This document shows, one piece after another, positions 1 to 13,300 of a stretch of 64,000 nucleotides of DNA. Position numbers and translations under genes: made by a program. The stretch's first letter is position 1; every line of letters starts with the position of its first letter. Below the pieces are notes generated by a model. The model saw nothing but the letters and a program-made list of their open reading frames with translations, was not told the DNA's origin and did no database searches. Source of the DNA: Klebsormidium nitens (taxonomy: Eukaryota; Plantae; Klebsormidiophyceae); the NCBI GenBank assembly GCA_000708835.1, contig DF237002.1, positions 209,669 to 273,668 of the forward strand. The letters run 5' to 3'.

Positions 1-11
1 TTGATTCATCT

Positions 12-360
12 CAACGACTCAGGCGGAGCTGGTGCTATTTAGAAAACCCATCAGAATCACAAGCCTAGCTTTTACTGGCAAAGTCCTAACCCAAGTTGGT
101 TAAGTCAGCGGTCCAGGCGGAGCTGGTTCTGGTCCCCTTTGCATCAGACCTTACGGGTAATCAATCCTGACGACTAGAAACTTGGTCATAGGCCTAAACT
201 TATATCGGGAAATTGCTTAACCAACCTGGCTTAACTCCAGCGGTTCAGCTGGAGCTGGTGCTGTTTAGATAACCCATCGGCGTCACAAGCCTAGCTTCAA
301 TTGAGCAAAGTCTGAACCCAACTTGGTTAACTCCAGCGGTTCAGGCGGAGCTGGTGTTGG
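12..360 (+). repeat. Degenerate tandem repeat (unit about 95-130 bp) in an RMT2 intron
   Basis: GGAGCTGGT recurs near 25, 119, 251 and 347. The blocks TTTAGA-AACCCATC..TCACAAGCCTAGCTT..GCAAAGTC..AACCCAA-TTGGTTAA at about 38-102 and 264-330 are near-identical. Confidence 0.85.
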
Positions 361-371
361 GCGCCCTGCAG

Positions 372-2292
372 CGGCGGGCACGCAGCGGGGCCGAGGCCTC
401 AAACAGCGGGTACCTCCAAGAAAGGGTCAAATACGACGATGATAAGCTGCTGGATGCAGAGAGTAACGGAGTCATGATGGAGTGGGAGCGGCCGCTTATG
501 GAGAGCCACGCACAGGTGGGTTCGGTAGTCCTTTTCCACTGTCTGACGATCTTGAAAGGAATTTTAGTGGCGGCTTCAGGCTGTGTTCCTCAGGTTTATT
601 GGTCCATCTGGTGCAACTGGGTATACTCGAGTAGCAATCAACCTTGCGCCACCTGTGCATTGATCCGTTCGGTTTGAAGGCGATAGAGTCGAATGACCTG
701 ATGGCTCGATCATAAGGATACCTTAGCAGTCATTCGATTGGCCCAATGAAAGACTCCCTATCGATGGCTCAGCGCGATTTTTGTTTGACCTCACAATGAG
801 TCGCCAAACTGAAGGAGAATCGAGCTGAGCCGTGCCAGGGTTCGGCGGAACTGTCTGTAGGATCCTCTGAACGGATCTTCAAGAGTTTTTCCCCCTACAG
901 GACGTTCAAGACTCTCGTAATGATTGCTGAACGTCGAAACTTGGTTCGGACGCCCGACAGACCATTCGGTATGCAATCCGTAACGCGAATGCAAGAGGCC
1001 GAGATCTTTTCAGCGGCGCAAACTCACACATTTACATTTCTGTGCAGGCTGTATGTTTTTCGGGGGGCGATGTGCTCAACGTCGGCTTTGGGATGGGTCT
1101 GGTCGACACCGCGATCCAGAAGCGGAATCCGAAGTCGCATACGATCATCGAGGCACACCCGGGCGTGTACGAGAAGATGCTCAAAGACGGTCAGATACAT
1201 CCTTCTCTATCGCCTGGACTAAGGCGTTTGTCGCGCGTTCAAGGGCGTACCAAATCGGAACGATTCATTTGTAGCTGACTCCTTTGTTACTACGTTATAA
1301 TGCAGTCTTCAATGGGTTTCCAGCAACAGAAAGTCAACAGCTTCTGCACTGGGAAGGGCGGCGGAATGCTGACTCGTCTATGAAACTGCCGAGCAAGCGC
1401 GTCAATTAGGATGACAATGCCTCTTCGCATCGCATCCTGCTTTTGCTCCCAAACTCAGCGGTTCTCTTTAAAGCGCGGCTGAACCTTATGGTTGTCAGCT
1501 TACGTACGCAGTGTTTCATTTCCTGCCAGCTCTTGGCCATCAGAGAGGATTGTAATTGATTAATCCCAGCTCCTACACCTCCTGCCTTAAGCTTACTGTT
1601 CTCTGGAATGAGCGGAACATGGCAAGACTATCTCGTACTCTCTGTATGTGCTGTCTTCAAACGCTAGAAGCTAGCGACAGAAGTGCCATCTACAGTAGAT
1701 TCCGTGAATGTTTCTTTTGGCAAGTAAAGCCTGTATTCTCTGCCGGGTCTGGGCTGCAGCGACTGCAAAGTGCCTTTTTCAGATTTTGGCCAACACCAAA
1801 CGAACCAGCGAAAACTCCAAAGCAAGAGAGTTTGCAGTCACAGCGGGACTCTGAAAAGCATCGGGTTAAATTTCAGGTTGGGATAAGAAGCCGGGCGTCC
1901 GGATTTGCTTCGGACGCTGGCAGGACGTCCTCCCGCAGCTCGGACGCTTCGACGGCATCTTCTTCGACACGTTTGGCGAGTACTACGACGACCTGCGCGA
2001 GTTCCACGCCCATTTACCAAAGCTTTTGCGCCCGGGGGGCATTTACTCTTTCTTCAACGGGCTGTGCGCGGACAACGCGTTTTTCCACGTGGTGTGCTGC
2101 CAGCTGGTGCAACTAGAGATGGCGAGGCTCGGGTTTGAGACCACGTTCGTGCCGCTGCCGGTGAATTCGGCGGTGGGCGATGAGGTTTGGGAGGGGGTCA
2201 AGCTCAAGTACTGGCAGCTGGATGCGTACTTCCTACCGGTCTGTCAATATGAGGATAACGACGTGGAGGGGAAAAGTTCTCAACAAACGTGA
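372..2292 (+). CDS. RMT2: Protein arginine N-methyltransferase 2 (RMT2/GAMT-like), 5' partial; exons 372-515, 1048-1189, 1877-2292
   Basis: Phase-consistent GT-AG exons give YLQERVKYDDDKLLD..VMMEWERPLMESHAQ|AVCFSGGDVLNVGFGMGLVDTAIQ..HTIIEAHP..|GW..FGRWQDV..FDGIFFDTFGEYYDDLREFH..YWQLDAYFLPVC, matching the plant RMT2 family. Confidence 0.93.
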
Positions 2293-3244
2293 TTAGGTGT
2301 TGCCTTTAAAGTCTGGGCTCGGTTATTCTACTCAGCTTTGAAAGATTGTCGCAAATGCAAAAGACACCTTGCCCGCCCATGTGCACGTGCAGTGCACTAA
2401 AAGTGGACCACAGTGGATGTGTATGGAAGTAGGTTTTGATCTAGGTTGGGTTTCATCGCCGCCCGCAGGCAATAACGGTTATTGCAGCCCGCTCCCCTCG
2501 CGAGCGTGCAGCCTTGGTGGCGTGCACCTTACACCCTGGACCAGTGCCTTTTATGGTATAGGTCGTGTGGCTGCGGCCATGCAACAGTGCTTTCTACGTA
2601 CTAAACCACATATGCAAATGAGTCGAATTGCATGCCAGGATTGGCATTGCACACTCTGGAACATGATCGATCAATACAGCATCATACGGCATTTGCGTAT
2701 ACGGTATGTACAGGCATTTCACATGTGGCATAGCATGCCATGCATGCACCTAGCTAAATGATGACATGCATGTGGAGAAAGTTGTTTCCGCAACTATAAC
2801 GCGTGCTCGCGTCGGCCCGCTATCCTAGATTGGCCGGCATGCATATACCTATCTATAATGCATGGCGGCCTAGCTGAATTAATCGAGTTGAGCTCGGCGC
2901 GCCTCCAGTCGGACTCGAATATGCAGATTAACCGTCAACTATATCAAAAAAGACTGGGCTCGACCAATGAGATTCTAGTGCATGCTAGCTATCCGCCGCC
3001 GCTATATCCAGCGGGCCCCGCCAATTGCTTCAAAAGAATGACGAACTCGAATCCAACAATCGACCACATGTATCTCGTGACTCAACTCGAATAACCAATA
3101 ATCAAAATCCAGTATGTCCGAGTATGACGCTGGTATAGTGGCAGTCCAGTAGCTAATCCAAAACTCTTACTCTTCATATCCAGCGCACTGCTGTCAGTCA
3201 AGTACGATACAATCCGCAACAATCCGACAAGATGAATCGTCGAG

Positions 3245-6200
3245 TTAAGGTCCTTTTTGTCGCACCTCCTCAAAATCCCCCCGCTGCGCATCCCCCCCAA
3301 GCTTCGCTTCCCGTTTCTCCACCGCTTGCGCTTGAGCGTCAACGCTTACTGTCTCTGCCTCCACCTCCAAACCAGTCTCCGTTTCACTGACTAACCCATT
3401 TTCTACCCCGCTTTTTACCCCTTCCTGGGCTGTTGCACCGCCTTCTTGCACCTCAAGCAATGTCTCGTCCCGAGATTCTGGTTCTGGGGGCGCTGGCGGC
3501 TTTGTGTGCTCTAACGGTTGAGCGGGGTCGACGAACTTGGCCTGAGTCAAATTCCTGTTTGGATCGGGGAACCTGGGAGCCGAGAATGGAATAGCGTGAG
3601 GCGGAGCGGGCTAAAAGCACATTGACAAACAAATTGAAGAGCTATAGACGCGCACAACCCGTGAATGATGAAAGGTCGACGGGACACAGGTTATAGTGGA
3701 CAGAGCACCAGAATTGAAGGAACCTATTTGCATTATGCATGGCACCGGTTTGGATCTTGAGTGTCGATACAAGTTCAGGCAGTTGGAAAGAGCAACATCT
3801 TTTTGGGCCACAAAATTTCTCGGGGCTCCTGTCCCGACGTCGAAGCGTTCCGTTGTAGAAAAGCAACCGCAGATTGTCCCAAAAGCAAATAATCGAGCAA
3901 CGGCACGTGCTGCCGTTTCGACCACAAGCAACACCCGCTACTTTGCGAGCGAGCAGCACGTTGGAGTTTGAGTATCAGGGACAATCCCCATTGCCAATCT
4001 GCAAGGTCCCTTTCCAAAGTTTGTCACACCATACTGTTCCTCCTCGGAATGCGCCGCGAATACAACACAACAACAGGACAACCCGACGCTTGCAACTTCA
4101 GTCGGAAAGCCGTTTCGTCGGCGCACGTAGCCCTCACCTGCCCGCCTGCACCTCCGCGCAGATGTGGAATGACGTCATGTTGACGAGGTCGATCCCGGCC
4201 ATGTCGAGGAACTCCTGCAGCGGGCGCACCTTCCCCAGCCCGAACCGCTCCAGCTCCGTACGATCGAACTCGGCGTCGGCGGGAAGGGGCATCCCGAGGA
4301 TGTAGCGGATTCGCCGCGCGCTGATTTGCTGGATGCGGTAGCGCTCGCCCCAGTCTATCTCCCAGTACTGCGCCAGAAAGGAGCGGTTTGGTGCATTTAG
4401 TATCTTAACAAGAGATGGTCAGAGCAACGGGGCAAAATTTGATGCTCCGAAAATTCGCCCATTGTTGTGGACGAGGAGAATGTTCGCCGGTCGAACCAGT
4501 AATCAGAATCAGCTTCCTTACTCGGCCCGAATGTGAAATTGGCCCGATTCTAATGAGATGCACCGAGGTGCAAAGTTCGCAACGGATGAAGGTGTGAAGC
4601 ACACGAATCGGAGCGAAGACTGCACGCAAGTACCTTTCGGGGGGGCAGCAGACACGGGTGGCAGGTGAACACTGGCCCCAAAATTGAAGAACCATAAGAC
4701 CCCAGGACGCGGATGCAAGAACTGAGCAGCCATCCGCAATCAACCGCCCTTCCGTTGGATTCCCAGAGGAAACCTACGAAAGGAGAGGCGCCGAAGAGGC
4801 TGCTCACCTTGTTCCGCTTATACCGGCTCTCGTACACGTGAAAGACGATGTCCGTGAAGGGCGCGTATACGTCGTAGCCCCACGTCCATAAGCGGGCGGC
4901 CGTCGAGAACTCCTCGCCGTCGAACAGATAAGGGGTGTAGGGATCGTACGGAACGTCCTTGATTGCCTGGGTGGTGGAAAAAGAAATGCCGGCCGTCCAA
5001 AAGGGCACCTTGATGGGGTGCCCCGGGTTTCTGACGAACTGGGCGGATTCACACCTGTAAAGAGTTGGGTTACAAGGTGGGTGAGAACAGGCGCCTTGCG
5101 CCCAAGGGACAAAAGAGCACCTTGATGGGGTGCCCCGGATTTTGACAGACTGGGTGGATTCACACCTGCGGAGAGTTTAGGTCAAAATGTGGGTGGAAAC
5201 AGGCCAGGAAAAGTCTTTGAGATTGCGTGCCTCTCATGGGGCTGCTTGTTCGGAATCCTGACGGTTGAATTCGTTGCCCGGTGGAGGGTCTTGAGGTTCA
5301 AGCCATCTGTCTCCTCTTCAGGCTGCCGCTTTCCATTCACCTGATTGTGGCTACACGAAAATCCTCTGTGGAAACTGGTGTAGAGACAATTGGACGTCCG
5401 CTGAGCTCCATCATCAAAGGACGTCAATACGGTTCAAGCATATAAAATGCTTCGGTTCCTGAAACATCCTTGATTGTTGTTCATTTGGCAATCATTGCTT
5501 TAATTGCTCGTGCTTCACGCATGTGGAAATAGTCACTGGTATCTTCAGCAACCTAGCATTTCTCCGACAAAAGTCCGGGGCCCAAAACCCTAGGGTAAGC
5601 AGCTGTGTGAATACGCACCTGGGCATGTCCGATGCGTCATGGACGTATTTGATCTGACAGATGATGGCCACAATGTCCGGAATGTAATCGAGCTCAAACC
5701 CTTCCAACGGCGGGAGCGGCCCATTGGGGCTCATGTCCGTCTCGTCGATCCTCCGGTAGTCGACGGCCTCGGTCATGTCGAACATCATGGGCAACTGCGA
5801 AGAAGTAGTGTCAAGATTAGGAGTGGCATAGCTGTGCAAAAAGCTAACACAAATGAAGCGGATCGAAACTCATTCTGTAACGCGGAATGTGCGGCAGAGG
5901 GATGCGTCCGTTTGTAGTCGACGGCCTCGGTCATGTCGAACGTTGTGGGCACCTGCTGAAGGATATGGTGTCACAACTTTGTGTAACGAGGTTGTGCGGG
6001 AATGCTTGACACGACGTGAATCGTCTCAAAAGATCTGGATAGGAACATTCTGACGAGATACTTGCGGCAGAGGAGACCGCATGGTCGATATTCCGAAAGT
6101 CGACGAACTCGGTCTTGTCGGAAAGCATGGTAACCTGCAAACGGAGGGGGGGTGCCAAAAGTGTGAGAGGCGGGGTTCTGCAAAACGGACGCAACGTAGG

Positions 6201-9200
6201 TCGGACCAGACATGGTTTTGCTAGAAGAAAGTGACAAGAGATATGTTGATGCGCAAGCAGTGGACGGCTTTCATCGTGTCGAACACCAGTGGGACCTGCG
6301 GAAAGTGTTATCGAGAAATAGACCAGCGGGCTAATGCGAAAGGTTTGACAATCCCAATGCGGGACGTCGAGAGAGGGACGCTGCGAAAGAAACGAATGTC
6401 AGAGCTGCATTTCGCACGTTTTGACACTACCTGGGTCATCTTGAAAGGAATTCTTAACAGTTCAAAGTCGAGATCACTCGACCATTGTCGGCATGTGGTT
6501 GAAGGGTCTGCGCGTGAAGCACTCGCCTAACCGCGTCAGACTGTTAACTGGGGGAAGAACTGGATCTCGACAGAGTCAATTCAAATGAGGGTCTTGACAG
6601 GTGGTGTGCAAGCAAGCGAGCACGATATTTGGCGAGGCCACATATGAAATGTAGGCTTTACTCGTCGTCAAATGGACACGCCCCCAATAATTCAATTGCG
6701 GCTGGACTCAATACGAGCTTGACAAAGACAACGGTCGTCCAAACGAACACGAGGACCTTACTAGATTCTGAGATGGTCTGAAGGTGTTCGTAACTGACAG
6801 TGACCCCTTGGCCGCATTTCTGCTGACAATATCTCAGCTTTGATGACGAGGATCCAGACCCGTCGCTTTCTGCGTGATAAAGCCTGACACCTTCGCGCAG
6901 GGATGGGAAAGAGATCTTTTCGCAGCCACGACTTCCCCTTTCACATCTCCCGCTGCTTTTTCTCCATTTTGAATCAGCTTCTACCCAAGTGACCGCCATA
7001 GACTCACAATGTTAGGATTCGCAAACATTTTGAGGGCTTCGCAATTACACAAAGCGAACCCGCAAACTCGGGCTCTCGCACAAACCGCTAGAGACGGCTT
7101 ACCTGCACCACGCCGTCCCCTTTGGGCACTTGCGGATGCGGCCGCTTGAGCCACTCGGGCATGCGCGTGTGTGGCACGGGGTACGTCCCGCTGATCACTG
7201 CCTTGGCGTTGCCGGTGGCCTTCCAGTTGCGCAGGATCTCGACGTCCCACGCCCAGATGAAGTGGCTGTGGCTGTCGACCTGCAATTAATGTGGGGCCTT
7301 GTTTGGCAGCCGCTCTGGAGTTCGACGTTCTAAAAACGTAAGAACGTGAAAGTGGGTCACGAAATTGAAGGCGTTGTCAAATCCCCACCAACGGCAAAAG
7401 CAGAGGAAAGAGGCGGTCCCGAGTTCGGCCAAGAAGAAGAGTGAAAGTTGATCCTGCGAACAGAAAGAGTTGCCTTTTTTGAGGTCGTTCATACCAAACT
7501 TCGGGGCATTTGTACACTACATACACGACGTCGGTGCTTGTACTATTGCGCGAGCTTGGGAGGCTTAGAGTAGTGCAACAACAGACTCTTCGTATCCATG
7601 ATTCGTAAGAATAAAGTAGCAAAGAGAGACGTCACAACCAAATCTAGTCACAACAAAACTCGCAAAACGACATTGCAAAACGACATTGATGTCTACCTAA
7701 TCAGCGAACCCACATTTGCAGAACTCATTCACACTGGCCCACGGGAGGAATGATATAAGTAGACCGCTACGATTCACATTCCGGGCATTCAACGAGCTGA
7801 AGCATCCCAGGCCCCATTGCCCGCTCTGTACCACAACCGAGCCACACAGTGTCGAAACATTCAAACACGTCCCTCATCAGCCAGCTTCCTCACCTGGAGA
7901 AAAAACGTTTGATCTCCGACCAGCGTTTGCGTGTAATACCGTGCAACAGTGGGCCCCATACCCTCCATAAAGCCGACCCGCTTGATCGCCACACGCTTCA
8001 GACCCGTGCAGACTTGCGCAATCTCCTCGGGGCTCGCCTTGAACCATGGCCGGTTGGCCTTCTCCTCCGGGGAAGCAAGCACCATTGCAGAGCGGTTCTG
8101 CAGGGGATAACCTAGCTCGGTTAGCTAGGTTCCGAAGCGACCAACCAAGCTCGATTGGCGATGGTTTTTCAGGAATCGAGCAGATGTAATGGAAGGATCC
8201 CCAGGCAAATCTGGGCTAATGGGGATTTCGTGAAAGAAATGTGGGTTGATCGACACTGCCGCTGACATGGGTTGTTTCGGAGCGATGCTTAGCTCTTTTG
8301 GTGGTGAGAGTTTCCTAACCAAGAAAAGGGGATTACTCGACGGTGGTGCTCACTGATCTGTTGCTGAAAGAGAATACCGTCTTGTAAGTTGGTGGTATGA
8401 GGTCGTTTATAAAGTGTAGTGAGGTGCTGGGGCTCTTTGCAAGAACTTCCTACTCTGCAGTGCGGACAAGAGCCATTTTGGAGTCGGGATCAATGTCTGA
8501 GAATAGAAATCTTCAAGCTAGAAGAACAGGTAGAAGCAGGTCCTGGGGACAGGTGTAACGTCGAGAGACGATACATTCTCCACTCTATCTCAAAGGCCGG
8601 GGGCTGGGTATTCAAGGATGAGGCTGGGATGGGCGCCCCACAAGTAAAGCACAAAGCGCCAGAATAATTTTCAAGCACTGCAAAAAACAGCCACATTGGT
8701 GCAGATAAGATTGCAGGTGTGCCAAGATGCCAGCAAATTGAACCACACTTGCTCAAAAGGTCCACAAAGGAAAGTTGTGCACATGGCTTGGGTCAAAGTC
8801 TGGTATTATCAAACTTTTTAACGTAAAAAAGACAGCACCAGCTCCAAGAAGCGTGCATTATGCACATAGTGTGGCCCAAGCGTTTCACAATGCCACCACC
8901 AATCCGTGACACTCCATCATAAGTACCTTGAATTGCAGACTGATTTATGCAATGCTAGCCACGTTCTTGACTACAGACCAAACCAGGTTACATATCCCTC
9001 ACCTGTGGGGGACAAATCACATGCTGAAAAGCGAGGCAGTCTTGGTCCTCATCCGCGTGCTGCTGGTAAATCCCCAACGAGACCCGCTCCGGATTGGCGG
9101 CCATAGAGAAAGCGGACCAGACGGTGTCCTGACAGTCTGGGTCCCTATAGGCAGCCATACCAACGAAGATTGTCCCATCCCAAAGAACAGGATCACCCTT

Positions 9201-9728
9201 CGGCCTGTCTCCATTGAAGTCCCGGGCACTCAACAGGCGTGAGCGCACCCTCCCCCTCGGGGTTTCCTCTGGCACTGGCTCCCGCTCTCTTACTTGTACT
9301 TGGGAGATTTCAGTGTTGTCTTCAGCTGGTTCTTCTACTGATTTGACTTCAGTGGGTTCAACCTCCTCGAGGCGATCACCCTTCTTTTCTTCTGAGGATT
9401 GTGTTGACTGCCCTTCAAGTGTGTCAGTCCCATCTTCAAGAGTCGTCTGTGCCTGCTCAATGCTTTCCCCCTCCACATTTTCTAGCACAGGACTGGTGAT
9501 CTCTTTCAAAACCTGATCCTCCTCTCCATTTAGCTGCACCTTGCCCCCCACAGCAGCGAGAGCATTGGTCCGCGCCGCTTGGTCCATGGACTCAAACACA
9601 GAGCTCGTGAAGTTGCCGGGCATGTGAGGAGCAAGAAACAAGATCGAAACCCACAGGATCACGAACCCAATGATCAGCTTGCGCTTTGGCAACCCGCAGG
9701 GACTGCAAATCCCCGCCCGCTTTGCCAT
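3245..9728 (-). CDS. Type II membrane glycosyltransferase, GT60/GlcNAc-transferase-like (about 701 aa); exons 9728-9003, 8097-7894, 7279-7103, 5794-5619, 5054-4808, 4403-4138, 3554-3245
   Basis: The exon phases join into one ORF of 2106 nt. It has an N-terminal TM helix (LIIGFVILWVSILFL), an acidic stem, and motifs IFVGMAAYRDPDC, GPTVARY..FFLQVDSHSHF..WD and PFWTAGISFS..VPYDPYTPYLFDGEE..AARLWTWGYDVYAP typical of Skp1/mucin-type GlcNAc-transferases. Confidence 0.85.
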
Positions 9729-10331
9729 CTTTGCGGAGCGCCTATCAGCACTTCCTGGAATGGGCAATCGTCAGCATGTCTAAGGGAGGCAATGGCATTC
9801 GTAGGTTAGCTAATGCCGCCTAGCACCCCAATTGCTCACCGTTGACCAATCCTGAACCATGCTTTGATTTTGAGCGAGGAGCTCAATACAGCACTGCTGC
9901 AAGAAGACTGGTCAGATTAGGGTTTCCATCAATGCTCATATTTGGCAAGTGGATTCAGAAGGGTAGCGGCGTATACTGCTTCTATAAGCGCACCCGTACA
10001 CGGTGGTTTTTGAAAGAAACATGGTTTGAAATGAAGACCTCGGAGTCCAGTTGGTCCTCTTTTCAAAAGTTCATTCTCCACCACATATTGAGAACTTTCA
10101 GCTGGTTCATAAGAGGATTGCCTGTAGCCTTTGCTGGGGAATACTACGAGCGTATGATTGTTCAGGTCATTTGACAATGGCGCCAGTCCCCATCTTCCAC
10201 AATGAGAGCAAGGAGGAGGGACTCAGCCCAGGGAGGCACTCGCTGAACTTGACGAGAGGATGACGCAGCGGCAGACGCTTTGAAGGAGCTTCTCAAGATC
10301 TGATCAGTGCTGTTTGAGTGGCACGCTCACT

Positions 10332-13300
10332 ATGGCTGAAGATGGCGCGAAGAATCCTTTTGACCCGACCGCGGAGGAGGACCATTCGGTCGTCGAGATG
10401 TCATCCATAGCTCTTGACTCGCCAAGTGCCAGGCCCCTTTCACCAACTAGGAGGAGAGTGAAGATCGCAAGTACGGTCTCAGATGCCAATGGGACAGGTT
10501 CGCCAGCTAAGAGTGGGTATGAGAGCATCACAAACGCCTCCCCTGCGGAGGGTGCCACCAGCAGTCCTAGGTGAGCATCGATGCAGATTCCAAGACTTGC
10601 TTGCATTTGCACGCCATGGAAAGAGACTGAGCACCATCACCTGTGCTGCGGATTTAAGCTTACCTCAAGGTGAATCCATGTTGCAGGACGCAAGATTGAA
10701 TACGTGCCGGGCTCGGATATGTTGAATTCTGCACACTTTTTGAAGATCGTTTACACTAGTTTCAACCAGTTCAGCCGGCAGAATGGTGTTGAGCTAGTTG
10801 GAACCCCAGTCCCACTGAGATTGTCTGTCAAATGCAGAGCTCTGTCTGAACTTAACCAAAGGCTTTCAACGGCCAGTAATGCCAAGGTCTTTCTGGTCAA
10901 ACACTCTCCGTCAGCTTGGATCCTTGCGAGTCGCACTTATGCGCACCCATCAAAAATGAAGAATGAAGTGTTGGCACATAATTTTGATTAGTCGTGAAAA
11001 GAGTTTGTGCAGATGAGATTTTGCTGTGGTGTGCCCTTCACCTCCTGCCTTCTATCAACGAGCACAAGCTGCAAAGATTGACAAAGAACTTTGTCATGGG
11101 TCTGCAGGTCCCCCTCTCTTCGGATCAGAATTGAGAATGAAACTCCAAGGAAAGATGGTGGTCGGGGCTCCTCAAAGGGTGGGCAATCCAGCTCCGCCGG
11201 ACGCGAGTCGCTGTCTCCGGCGCACTCCTTCAAGGGGGAGGGATCCAAGCGGAAAACCAAATTTGAGCTTTTCGAACTTGACAACCTGGTCAACGCGTTG
11301 GGGCTTCGAAGGTGAGTTGGAATCCCAAAATCTGACTACAGATCTAAAGGATGTCAGTGCTGGGGACATCATCTACCGTGATTTGATTAACCTGTAGCTT
11401 CCCTGTGAGCGCCAGACGCTTTCCATCATTCTTTCTTCTGTGGTGAACTACCTCCATCAAGGCTGCCTGTTATTGTTTTGAAAGGGGCTGCTCTTGTTCC
11501 CTTAGCACTTGGCAGAAGTTATCTGGGGAAGATAACAGTACTTTGCTCTAGTGTCCAGATTTACCGTAGTGTCCGATTCAGCTGTACCTGGATATGGGCC
11601 GATTGCATATGCTCAAGATCCATTGGCTTTGTCACTTATCAGGCACTTCAATTGTGGGTTGCAGTATGGCTGGGCAATCCGGAGGGGATGATGCTGAGGA
11701 AACGGAAGGTTTGACGACGGGTAGACGAGTGAGGTTCAAGCTGCTTCGAACCGTCAACTTGCTGCGCTTCTCCTTCAGTCTGCTTCTTCTTATGTGACAC
11801 TGCCTGATGCCCCTTTGTAGATTGTCCTGCCGAAATCATTGGAGTTCGATTCTAAGGACTTCAAACGTTGATAAGTGCTAATCAACTTCCGGACCCTATC
11901 CATTACACCCCTTCTCCAATCCTGAACCCCAGGGGCAATAGAAGAGTTGACCGTCGAAGGTGCACGCTTCCAGTATCTCGAGTCACTTACGGCCCAAGGA
12001 CTGAGATGCCAGAGAAACGACTTCGCCATTCTTTGATGCAGCGGCGCGCTTCCCTTGGCACTGTCATGGGCGTCTTTGTACCGTGCCTACAAAACATCAT
12101 GGGGATCGTGCTGTTCATCCGACTTTCCTGGTAAGATTTTCTGTTCAAGATCGACTTCTTGGCCTTGCTCGTTCACGCTAGGCCTCTGCAGAGAAGAGAG
12201 CCATTCAAGGGGGTGAAGTTGCTACTTTGATCTTCTGAAGGTTTTACTGGCGCTCATCAAGTGTACGAGGTCCTGCTCTTAAAGTCTCAGTGACAACTGT
12301 AGCAGAAACTCCACGGTCGATTGGTTATAAGCCACTCCTGTGGAACATTGAGCAAGCCTCAAAAGAAACCAACACTCCACGAAGGATGCCTGGTTGCCAC
12401 CCCCTATCAATCCCAATCGGCGTAACTTGTGCACTTGGACCTGAATCTGCTATTTCTTCCCCTGTTGTTCAGGATTGTCGGTATGGCTGGGATTGGTGAA
12501 ACGCTCCTCTTGACGGCCATGTGCTGCCTCTGCACCTTTATCACGTCTCTCTCTCTTAGTGCCATTGCGACCAACGGTGCGATGAAGGTGAGGCTGCGTT
12601 CTTACTTCGCTCCTGCTTATCCTGCCAGCGATTCTCCCGATTCATGATTAAGTTGTCATGAAGAAGCGCTTGTTTCAAAGAATATGGTGCTGTCCCTTCT
12701 CGCGGCTGTTCGGAAAACAGAAAAGCTGCACAGTCTCTATACTCGTCTGATCATCATCGATGTTGGTAATCTAATCAAGTCGGGGCCGTTCTCTCTATGG
12801 CTTCCTTGAAATCCGCCGTGCTCTTCCTGATTGTGTGAACTGTTCGCCACCAGCGATTTGCAATAGTGGCCAGAGCGGTGGCAAAGCGGATGCTCTTCTT
12901 TCGCTCCACGGCAAGAACAAAGCCGTTGTACTGACTGCGTCTGCTTACGTTTGTACAGGGCGGTGGCCCCTACTTTTTGATTGGTCGGGCCCTAGGGCCT
13001 GAGGTCGGGGTCAGCATAGGCATCTGCTTCTTCCTGGGGAACGCACTGGCAGCATCGCTGTAAGTTGTCGAACTCGCTGAGTGGCACGCTTCATCGATTC
13101 TTTGTGGCCGTGTGATTATGCATCGGCTGCGGGCCGCAATCACCGCTTTAGTTATGCAAAGCCTCTACTGTTCCAATGGAGTAGACAGCCACAAGTCGAC
13201 GACTCAGAGACGTAACGGCTATCATTGAGGCCTCTGTCTGGTTCCGTATTGATGCACGAAGCCTACACTGAGCATGTTCAATCTTCTGTTACTCACTTCC

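Noticed and set aside
6658-6999. Possible extra GT exon in this ORF and in 8490-8765
   Set aside because: The gene closes in phase without them and the peptides show no family motifs.
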